Positions 27,908-35,831 of a stretch of 64,000 bases of DNA are shown in pieces; positions within the stretch are counted from its first letter, which is position 1, and each line of letters starts with the position of its first letter. A program made the translations under genes and the position numbers. The notes beneath the pieces were generated by a model. It made no database searches, was not told the origin of the DNA, and was given only the letters and a program-made list of their open reading frames with translations. Location of the stretch: sequence record OR493421.1, one strand, 5' to 3'.

Positions 27908-30679
27908 TTAGGTGTTCCAGGCGACCAGACTGACGTGATCTGCGTAAGTCGTTGTTCCCGCTGCGTCCTGAGTTAAGAAACTAAATCCACCGACAGTCAC
28001 CGCTGAGGACAATTGAACCGTCCTACGTGCGCCGTTGTGATAGGCTTCTAGCACCCATTGGAACCCAGTTGAGTTCATGTTACTTGAAAAAGCAACAGTG
28101 TAGTTGCCTGCGGCGTTTCTGGTTAACGTACATCCGATATTGGAATACGTGCTCAATGTTCCCGCAGAATCTTCCTTAAACTTAAGGCTGACCGCCGGGG
28201 TTTTAAGGTAATACGCAGTAGGGAGGCGAGTAGATGGAACCAGACCGTAGAACATCAGATCCAGACCAAACGTACATCCGGTGTTGCCAGTGGAGTAGTT
28301 CAAACCATAATAAGATACTGTGGTTGTACCGTAGAGATTACCTTCCGGCATGTTCACGTTGGTACAGTTCACCATCCTACATCCGCCACCTGCCGAGGTA
28401 GAGAACAATCCGGCGCCGCAGTTATAAGAATACGGTTTGATAACGGAATAGCTCACAGTATCGAGATAGATACCGTACCCGGCCGATTGATCGGAATCCA
28501 GTCTCAGATCACAGTTGTTGGAGTTGTACACGATAACGCCGTGGTAAGTGGAAACGTTGGCTTTCGCTTTTACATTACCTCTCACTCTTGAGCAGTTCTC
28601 AATATACGCACCATGAACCTGAGTTGATTCGACGTTAATATCGTTGAGGTAAACGTTATTAACACCACCCACCCATACACCGTAGCTGTTATTGGCTTTC
28701 CCACTCACTCCCGTTATTGAGACATCGTTAATGACAGAAGTAGAACCGTATTTCTTAACTCGAACGATGTTGCGACAGTTAGCTCCATCTTTTACATGGA
28801 TCTCGGAGAATTTTAAACGAGAACAAGGTTGCGAATAATAATTCAGTGAAGCGTCCTGTTCTTCGTTATAAATGAGGAGGCTAGCGATAACCGAGCTTCC
28901 TTTAAGTCCTCTCACTGTGATGTTGGCGCAGCCGGACAGTTTAGATGTGATCCCAATGCAATCGTCACCAGACTCGATATCCAGATTCGTTAATGTTGCG
29001 TCGACACAGTCCATCAGGTGACCGCCGTCTCGACCGCCAGCTAACGATGTAGTCGTCGCACTGTTGGCATAGACGAAAGAACGTTGATAGTAATTGTCAA
29101 TGATGATCTGTTTACACGATTCTAGTGAAAAACTCCAATCCGGATTGTTTACGATCCTGACGTTCCTAAACCGAATATTGGTGCACCCGGTCATCTGAAC
29201 AGGCCGAGTGTAGTTTTTAGACGTCAGTGTTTCGTTAACCCCACCATCGATAGTTATCCCACTTAGCTCGATGTCGGAAACACTTGTCGCCGAAATAACC
29301 TTTATCAGCGCTGTACCCGTGGCGTCAGCTGCAGGAGGAGAGCTTATAGTTGCACCGTTTGAGTATATCCCACCCCCAGCGGACAGAGCTAACGTTGAAG
29401 TAACGATATACACAGAATCGGATCTCGGGAACCAAACTTTAGGGTTGACTGCTTTAGCCCGGTTATAAGCCAAGGCCCAGTTACCATTATCACTACTTTG
29501 ATAATAGTCTCTTACACTAATCGTATCCCGGAGTCGGTCATTCACAGTACGGGCTATTGCCCCAGCTACTGCCGTGTAACCTACGATATCCCCGCCCTGG
29601 CCGATGGTTTTCGAAGAGAGTCTGGTTTCAAGCTCAACTGCGCCAGCCACTTTCCAACCGGCTATCAGATTACCTGAAGCATCGTAAGGGGAAGCCCCTC
29701 CGCTGACAACGTAACCGCCGGTAGGATAAGTCCCACCCCAATAGTACCAACTGTTAGTTGCGGTATGGAATAACATATCCTTGGTTGACTTCAGTGTCGC
29801 ACCATTATCGAAGGTTTCCAAGCCGTTGATGGTGTTCGACAGCTTATTATCAACTTGCCCAGCGAGCGTAGCCGTTTGCTGCAAGTAAGAGTTCATTTGA
29901 TCGTAGATTTCTTGAACCGTTTCTTCGAAGTCAGCGGGTAACGATCCGTTCAAGAACTCGGCTAACATTTTATCGATGAGTTTCTTCGTAATACCAAGAA
30001 CCATATATAACTGGTTGGAATTACCGTCGAAATCACTTTCTTGAGCCACCGGGTAATCGTGAAGATTGCTTAATCCCACATCCTCTGGCTCGCCGTTGGG
30101 ATGTGCGATTCTTAAGTTATCGGCACTGTGCTGTGTCAGCTGTGTCTGGACGGTTGGGTTATTCGTTTCATTGTTCATCGCCTCAATCATCAGAGTGAGG
30201 TTAGCCATGAACTCGTTGTAGTTATAAGTCTGACTTTCTGGATGGTCGTGGGGATCGGCTGGGAAACCAGAAGGGAGATTAACGACCTGACTCCAATCTG
30301 CCAATCTCCCGGATGAGATGATATTGGCCACAGCTTCAGCGTACGCAACGTCATCTAAAACGAACGGCCCGCCGATGGTGTCATAACTTATTGAAATGTT
30401 CAAAGCAGTGGTTGCTTTGAGAAGAATTATCCCGCCATAAACGTTTTTGGAATAATTCTTGATAAAATCCATAAACGGATAACTGAAGACGTAGTCTTCA
30501 CCTAATACCAACGGGGCATTAGTATCCGAATTGACAATAGTTAAGTTTTCGGAAAAGAAAGGAGCGGCTCTAGGAACGACCAGCACACGGGTTCCCCCGG
30601 GTACACTCGCGAGCTCTCCAGTGATACGGGCGTCATCATCATCTTGGAAGGGATTCCAAGGATATAAATATTCTGACAT
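27908..30679 (-). CDS. tailspike / polysaccharide depolymerase with phiKZ-type fibre N-domain and GH28-like beta-helix
   Basis: VVPRAAPFF N-domain; tailspike linker (FDNGATL...WYYWGG...P...W; RTVNDRLRDTISVRDY); beta-helix with RDG, GDDC, RVK; ATG at 30679 has an AGGA RBS (ORF track starts at GTG 30715). Confidence 0.75.
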   Translation of the reverse strand: MSEYLYPWNPFQDDDDARITGELASVPGGTRVLVVPRAAPFFSENLTIVNSDTNAPLVLGEDYVFSYPFMDFIKNYSKNVYGGIILLKATTALNISISYDTIGGPFVLDDVAYAEAVANIISSGRLADWSQVVNLPSGFPADPHDHPESQTYNYNEFMANLTLMIEAMNNETNNPTVQTQLTQHSADNLRIAHPNGEPEDVGLSNLHDYPVAQESDFDGNSNQLYMVLGITKKLIDKMLAEFLNGSLPADFEETVQEIYDQMNSYLQQTATLAGQVDNKLSNTINGLETFDNGATLKSTKDMLFHTATNSWYYWGGTYPTGGYVVSGGASPYDASGNLIAGWKVAGAVELETRLSSKTIGQGGDIVGYTAVAGAIARTVNDRLRDTISVRDYYQSSDNGNWALAYNRAKAVNPKVWFPRSDSVYIVTSTLALSAGGGIYSNGATISSPPAADATGTALIKVISATSVSDIELSGITIDGGVNETLTSKNYTRPVQMTGCTNIRFRNVRIVNNPDWSFSLESCKQIIIDNYYQRSFVYANSATTTSLAGGRDGGHLMDCVDATLTNLDIESGDDCIGITSKLSGCANITVRGLKGSSVIASLLIYNEEQDASLNYYSQPCSRLKFSEIHVKDGANCRNIVRVKKYGSTSVINDVSITGVSGKANNSYGVWVGGVNNVYLNDINVESTQVHGAYIENCSRVRGNVKAKANVSTYHGVIVYNSNNCDLRLDSDQSAGYGIYLDTVSYSVIKPYSYNCGAGLFSTSAGGGCRMVNCTNVNMPEGNLYGTTTVSYYGLNYSTGNTGCTFGLDLMFYGLVPSTRLPTAYYLKTPAVSLKFKEDSAGTLSTYSNIGCTLTRNAAGNYTVAFSSNMNSTGFQWVLEAYHNGARRTVQLSSAVTVGGFSFLTQDAAGTTTYADHVSLVAWNT

Positions 30680-30780
30680 ATCGAATCCTGTTTGGCGGTT
30701 AGAAGACCTCGCCACGCTAAGCGGCCCGATCCTATGAATGAATTTAAATAATGAACCATAGAATTCCGGAAGAGGGCGCT

Positions 30781-32013
30781 ATGTCTTATCAGTATGTACG
30801 AGCCGTAGGCGTTGCTCTCACAGGGCACGCTGGAGAAGCCGTTGTAGATTTAAGCACTTTAAAGACCAACCAGTACTTTAAAACCTACAGTAAATTACGA
30901 ATAGTTATTCTCGACGAACTAGTGGGTAAACAGCTTTGTTTAAACGCCTTCGATTATCAATATGAGTTTCAAACTTTCGATGGGACCATTGAAGCCTGGC
31001 TGTTGACAAAAGAGAATGATCCGCTTACTCTCTCTTCGGAACTCCCGGGGGAGAAGTTGGTTTATGTTCAACGTGGTGACGCCCAATTAAGCGGCTATCG
31101 TATCGCTCCGGCTAATCATCTGTTGTCTGCTGACCGTCAGGCTCTGGTTAGTGTTAGTGAAGCTCCGGATCTGTTACTAACCACTATTGTAACAACGCGC
31201 AAATATGACGACCTTATCACGAAATGCCTTTTTAATCTCAACGGGCATTTCATTAGAGGAATAAGTAGAGACGACGGGATCTATCTTTTAAACGGTGGGA
31301 AGAACTACCGCATTAACGATAGTAGTCACGTTGATATCTATGACTTCTCCAAAGTGTCTGCTTTAGAGACACGTCCATTTACCGAAGACATGATAAAGTT
31401 CATTGACGAAGATGGATTCACTGGTTTAGAAGTCGAACTAGACGTTCCTATCAAAGATAAGAAGGTTTGGTTAGTTATCGCTGGAAGATTAGTCACAGGC
31501 TCTCCCCTGGTTACAAGAACGGGTGAGAAAAGACTACGTATCGACTACCGTCATTATAAATGGCCCGAGCGAATTTTCGAATCTCTTAATTATGTTGACT
31601 TAAGTAACCTTTATCCTAAGGAACGTAAAGTCATTGCTAAAGATAAGCTTTATACTGCGGAAACGTTTAAAGCACTTCTTTTAAATCAAAACAGTTTCTT
31701 TGTGGTGTTTGATAATCCAGACTTCGGGATTACGATAACCCCACTGATCACCTATCGCTACCCTACAGTCTTCTTGGTTAACGACACCTACGCTCATCCT
31801 CTTATGTTGAGCAACGGCCTGTTCCCCTCTTATATTTCTAAAAGAGGTGGTAATCAAATGCTGTGGAGTACCGATATCCGGTTAACCCCGGATTACGTTA
31901 ATGGTCTCACGGGCGTCGATAACGGGGGGGATCTCTATCATGCTTTCCGTAACCGTTACTTTAGCGACGACCTTGTGACTGGCTTTGTGTTCAAAATCCA
32001 TGCTCTAGTTTAG
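30781..32013 (+). CDS. probable virion structural protein (~410 aa)
   Basis: Long ORF divergent from the fibre cluster; ATG at 30781 with GAGGG RBS; role inferred from position. Confidence 0.55.
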   Translation: MSYQYVRAVGVALTGHAGEAVVDLSTLKTNQYFKTYSKLRIVILDELVGKQLCLNAFDYQYEFQTFDGTIEAWLLTKENDPLTLSSELPGEKLVYVQRGDAQLSGYRIAPANHLLSADRQALVSVSEAPDLLLTTIVTTRKYDDLITKCLFNLNGHFIRGISRDDGIYLLNGGKNYRINDSSHVDIYDFSKVSALETRPFTEDMIKFIDEDGFTGLEVELDVPIKDKKVWLVIAGRLVTGSPLVTRTGEKRLRIDYRHYKWPERIFESLNYVDLSNLYPKERKVIAKDKLYTAETFKALLLNQNSFFVVFDNPDFGITITPLITYRYPTVFLVNDTYAHPLMLSNGLFPSYISKRGGNQMLWSTDIRLTPDYVNGLTGVDNGGDLYHAFRNRYFSDDLVTGFVFKIHALV

Positions 32014-32024
32014 AGGTATTCGTC

Positions 32025-32417
32025 ATGTCGGTTATTACTAAAGATAATGTCGGAAGTGTAGTTAAAGATGGGATCGTTATTTTATTATTATTGGTCATCA
32101 TGATTATTCTTGGGGTTAATCGGTTTTTCCCTAAGGATACAGTCGATCAAGAAACCGTGGGTCAGATGGCGAAAATCACTGACCAAATGAAGAGTTTACG
32201 GGAGGCTATCGAGATCTCCACAGCCAGCCAAACTAAACTTAACGCTCAACTTGCTCTTATGTTAGATCGTCGAGGTCAAGATCGTGAAAAAACGTATAAT
32301 GAAATGCTTAGCCGTTACGGCGCTGATGATCTTAGTGACGGGGTGCAGCCACAAGACCACAGTCAGCGAAGCCAACACCAAACTTCAGGTGGAGGCACAA
32401 GCCGCTCAAGTCAGTAG
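32025..32417 (+). CDS. i-spanin (Rz-like) candidate
   Basis: N-terminal TM GIVILLLLVIMIILGV, then coiled coil; GAGG RBS; overlaps a lipoprotein gene. Confidence 0.65.
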   Translation: MSVITKDNVGSVVKDGIVILLLLVIMIILGVNRFFPKDTVDQETVGQMAKITDQMKSLREAIEISTASQTKLNAQLALMLDRRGQDREKTYNEMLSRYGADDLSDGVQPQDHSQRSQHQTSGGGTSRSSQ

Positions 32418-32817
32418 CATGGGAATCAATCTTCAGCAATTGAAAGAAGCCGCCCATACCGTCCCAAAGGAACTCGTTTCTGATAATCCGGTAGAGCCTA
32501 TTAGTCAACTCATCGTGCTCGATGAATGGCTTAAGGCAAATGATTGCTTGGATCAGAATACTGACTATGTTAGATGCTACAAGCTCACTCGTTTAAAACT
32601 TATTACGACTACGAGGGATTTAGATAACGCCAACGATTTGGTTTATGCTTCGCAAGTTGCCATCAAGGGCCTACTCGGTAACATTGATCAAATTGTCGAT
32701 CAGGCTTCAGGAACGGTCAATGTCTTTGATCCTAAATTCCTAATGACCAAAGCCAAAGCAGCAACTAAATCTGTTGTAACAAAAGTCACTTCCTCGACGA
32801 CTACCGAGCAAAAATAA
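32299..32817 (+). CDS. o-spanin (Rz1-like) lipoprotein candidate
   Basis: MKCLAVTALMILVTG-C lipobox; starts inside the upstream gene in the +1 frame; ORF track begins at GTG 32284. Confidence 0.65.
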   Translation: MKCLAVTALMILVTGCSHKTTVSEANTKLQVEAQAAQVSSMGINLQQLKEAAHTVPKELVSDNPVEPISQLIVLDEWLKANDCLDQNTDYVRCYKLTRLKLITTTRDLDNANDLVYASQVAIKGLLGNIDQIVDQASGTVNVFDPKFLMTKAKAATKSVVTKVTSSTTTEQK

Positions 32818-32829
32818 TAATAAAATAAA

Positions 32830-32863
32830 TATACTCCTCCTACCCTAGGGTAGGAGGAGTATA
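32830..32863. terminator. 34-bp perfect palindrome between convergent genes
   Basis: TATACTCCTCCTACCCT|AGGGTAGGAGGAGTATA, no spacer. Confidence 0.7.
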
Positions 32864-32869
32864 ACTTTC

Positions 32870-33274
32870 TTAGTTTTGTGGAGGTGGTGGAGGCGGCGGA
32901 TTATCTCCAGGACGAGTCAGGATCCCGATCGTCCCTTTTCGTAGTTTTTCGGCTACGCTAGGGATCTTCATGATGACCTGCAAAATTTTGCTGGCGTTCA
33001 TGAAAACGAGAGCGATGACGATCGGCCCGATAAAAACGATCCCCAAGCTGGTCCTGTCAGGATAACCATATCCTGCTAGAACCGCTTTCTTTATGGTATC
33101 GGTATAATTAATGGCGTTATAACAAACCGAAAGGCAAGCGACAACACCACAGATATTGCGCAGCCTTACGGTCCATTTACCGAATACCTTTCCCTCTAAT
33201 CCCTGAGGATGCTCAACTTCGAGCAGCGGATCTTCTTCTGTAGCCTCTTCCCCCTGTGCTTTTTGTTCAGTCAT
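32870..33274 (-). CDS. two-TM membrane protein with poly-Pro C-terminus (134 aa); holin candidate
   Basis: ATG at 33274 overlaps the resolvase stop; hydrophobic NICGVVACLSVCYNAI and SLGIVFIGPIVIALVFM; ends NPPPPPPPQN. Confidence 0.5.
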   Translation of the reverse strand: MTEQKAQGEEATEEDPLLEVEHPQGLEGKVFGKWTVRLRNICGVVACLSVCYNAINYTDTIKKAVLAGYGYPDRTSLGIVFIGPIVIALVFMNASKILQVIMKIPSVAEKLRKGTIGILTRPGDNPPPPPPPQN

Positions 33275-33866
33275 GAGGAAATACCTTATAGTCTTTTGCG
33301 ACCATTTCACAAAGATATAATGCGATAACGATACTGTCAACGCTGTGGTCATCGAGGGTGTCAAGATCGATACCGTTAAGATCTAAGTGCGGATAGTTCT
33401 TTAAACCCTTCAGCACGTCTTCTTTTTGAGTACCTTTAAAATTAGCACCAACGATAGCCTTAGCAAGATTAGGGAGAACGCTCATAAAGAACAGTGATTT
33501 ACTGTGCTCTTTAACAGTATCGCGCAACATAGAAACGGTTTCAACTAATCGTTTATACGTATCCGCAGAAGCCCCTAAGAAGTTATCCTCGCAAATGGCG
33601 ATGTCAGGCTCAAAGATCTCTAAGAGATCCTTATACGATCTTGACATCCCCAATGTGCGTTTGGTAACAGGTCTCTCAGCGTAGTTCAGCTTCTCGTAAA
33701 AATCGACCTTGTCGCCGATAACCGTATTGACGTAACGTAATTGGAATTTTTGTGTTTCCGTAATGTTGACGTCAATAACGGCATTACCCATGTGCGTTGT
33801 ACTGGGGTCGGTCCCGATAATCCGAATAATCGTTTTTTCTCTTATTCGATCTTTTTGTCCGAGCAC
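33267..33866 (-). CDS. ruvC: RuvC-like Holliday junction resolvase
   Basis: IIGTDPS..HMG, IAICED, DDHSVDSI acidic catalytic pattern. Confidence 0.75.
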   Translation of the reverse strand: MLGQKDRIREKTIIRIIGTDPSTTHMGNAVIDVNITETQKFQLRYVNTVIGDKVDFYEKLNYAERPVTKRTLGMSRSYKDLLEIFEPDIAICEDNFLGASADTYKRLVETVSMLRDTVKEHSKSLFFMSVLPNLAKAIVGANFKGTQKEDVLKGLKNYPHLDLNGIDLDTLDDHSVDSIVIALYLCEMVAKDYKVFPHD

Positions 33867-34489
33867 AGCATTACCATTCCTTTGTTATTGCCTGAATTAA
33901 GCGAAACAATAGCGATTGTTTTAGCAGCAGGCGGATAAGCGTAAGACGATGGTGCGTTACTCACATCACCGTAATACAGTAAAGAGAATCCCGCAGTGGA
34001 ATACTCGTTCAAAGACCCCACACCCCACTTCACGTGATTCCTTCCCCCGCTCAACAAATTAGCGAGTTTACGAGGATATTGATCGGTCACGGTAAAGATG
34101 TCACGTGGTGTATTGAGTTCGAGATTAGAAAGGAAACTCAGCTCTTCTATAGCAGGAACCCAAACAGGGGACTGATCCAAAAACGCATCAGCGATGGTCT
34201 GCATGGGGTTAGCGATAGTGGTAATGACATCCTGTGAAGTTAATCCCGTTACCCCTTTACCAGTGAAATAAAGTATGTCGTTAAACACATTGATTTCATT
34301 GGGAACGAGTTCGAGTTTAGGCTTGCCGTCACTGCCGAGATAAACCTGGGAAACTTTGTAAACACTTTGATCCAGAACGACTTCATAAAAATCGGTAATG
34401 GTCTCAAAGTAATCCGTGGATAACTTACCAACGACTAGCTTAGGGAGTTGAAGAACACCCCCAGTAGGAGATAACTCTTTAAAGAGCAT
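33842..34489 (-). CDS. probable virion structural protein (215 aa)
   Basis: Operon context with baseplate-type genes. Confidence 0.5.
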   Translation of the reverse strand: MLFKELSPTGGVLQLPKLVVGKLSTDYFETITDFYEVVLDQSVYKVSQVYLGSDGKPKLELVPNEINVFNDILYFTGKGVTGLTSQDVITTIANPMQTIADAFLDQSPVWVPAIEELSFLSNLELNTPRDIFTVTDQYPRKLANLLSGGRNHVKWGVGSLNEYSTAGFSLLYYGDVSNAPSSYAYPPAAKTIAIVSLNSGNNKGMVMLCSDKKIE

Positions 34490-34500
34490 GATGTTTCTCC

Positions 34501-35406
34501 TTAGCTAGAAGCCAGCAACAACGGGGCACTTGCTCCGATATCAAAGAACATTTCAATTGCGCCGTTCGCATTAGCATCGCGAGGATGAGTTTCCGTAATG
34601 AAGTAAGCGATGATTGCGCTGACAGCTTCTGTATAGGAAACATTAATGGAACCGGACGTCTGACCAGAGCTCGGGGTATCGATACCGGTGCAAACGTAAT
34701 ATTCGTTTGGGGCGGCGTAAGACTCATCGCCGAACATAATTGAACAGGCGTTGCGAAGTTCAGCCAGACCTGAAGCATCGATACTGAGATCCAGTTTACC
34801 CGTTGCCGAAACATACTGATTGGAAAGCGGAACGGTACCGTCGCTATTAGGCGTGATCGGAGTCGGGTGCTGATAGTCGGAGGTCGGAACGTAAACATCC
34901 GGATCTTCGTTACCCGTCGTAGGATCCTTCGTGATTTTTACAATCGACGGACTGAACGCCGCAAAACTGATAACCCGCAGATAGTAAGCGACGTAAGTCA
35001 CACTATCTTTAGTAAAAACAACACGCATGCGGTAGTTGGCGCGCTCATCCGCGGTGAGGTCGTCGGAGAGCTCTCTTACGACCAGTGGAATGGGATAGAA
35101 CGCATTACAGTCGATCGGTTGATGTTGGTTAACCAACATACGGGCGATGCCGTTGGCGTCGTTACCAATGAATTGAGAGCCCTTAACACCTAACCCATAA
35201 TACTTCAGGGTAAAGTCAGAACCGGCTTTTACACCCAAACTTTCATCGGCCAGGACAGAATGTATTTCGTTGAGCGTGGTGTATTGTTCGACTTCCACGT
35301 TTTGTTTGGTAATAGCGGCGATCGCGATCTTCACACCAAATGCTGTTGCGGTAACAATCTGACTGGGCAGTCTGGAGTTGGAAGATTGTTGAGTGTCAGT
35401 TGCCAT
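34501..35406 (-). CDS. probable baseplate/virion structural protein (301 aa)
   Basis: NQHQPID..AFYPIPLVVRE...RANYRM resembles a conserved phiKZ-family structural gene as I recall it; position next to the portal block. Confidence 0.55.
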   Translation of the reverse strand: MATDTQQSSNSRLPSQIVTATAFGVKIAIAAITKQNVEVEQYTTLNEIHSVLADESLGVKAGSDFTLKYYGLGVKGSQFIGNDANGIARMLVNQHQPIDCNAFYPIPLVVRELSDDLTADERANYRMRVVFTKDSVTYVAYYLRVISFAAFSPSIVKITKDPTTGNEDPDVYVPTSDYQHPTPITPNSDGTVPLSNQYVSATGKLDLSIDASGLAELRNACSIMFGDESYAAPNEYYVCTGIDTPSSGQTSGSINVSYTEAVSAIIAYFITETHPRDANANGAIEMFFDIGASAPLLLASS

Positions 35407-35417
35407 TGAATAAATCC

Positions 35418-35825
35418 TTATTTCTTCATGATTGAGAAAGAGCCGGTGAATCTCAACGAGTCTTTCGCTACGTCGATAATCCAGTATGTTTTATGAAAGG
35501 TCACGCCACCGATGTCACCCGGTAATAAGTGATAACCCGTCGCCTTACTAATAAAAGGGATTAGCATGTTCAAATGATTTACGGTTTCGCTATCACTTAT
35601 CAGATGTTTTCTTGAGATAAAAGAAAGATCGTATCGTTCTAATTCCCACTGTTCAGTATTCGGACAGCTTCCTGATTTGGTGACCTCATAAAGATAATTG
35701 CCTTCTTCGGTCCTGCCTAACGGAATAAAGGAGATGAGTTGCTGCAATCTTTCTCCACGTATTCCGTTGTCTTTGAAGTATTCGTTTTTAACGAGATTGA
35801 TAGGCCATTGCTGTGTATTAGTCAT
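35418..35825 (-). CDS. small virion-type domain protein (135 aa)
   Basis: ERYDL...DSLRFTGSF motifs shared with 58507..59295 and 60629..61039. Confidence 0.55.
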   Translation of the reverse strand: MTNTQQWPINLVKNEYFKDNGIRGERLQQLISFIPLGRTEEGNYLYEVTKSGSCPNTEQWELERYDLSFISRKHLISDSETVNHLNMLIPFISKATGYHLLPGDIGGVTFHKTYWIIDVAKDSLRFTGSFSIMKK

Positions 35826-35831
35826 TTTTTA

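Noticed and set aside
32870-33364. 164-aa version of the two-TM protein
   Set aside because: The first 30 aa overlap the resolvase gene; the ATG at 33274 coupled to the resolvase stop is more plausible.
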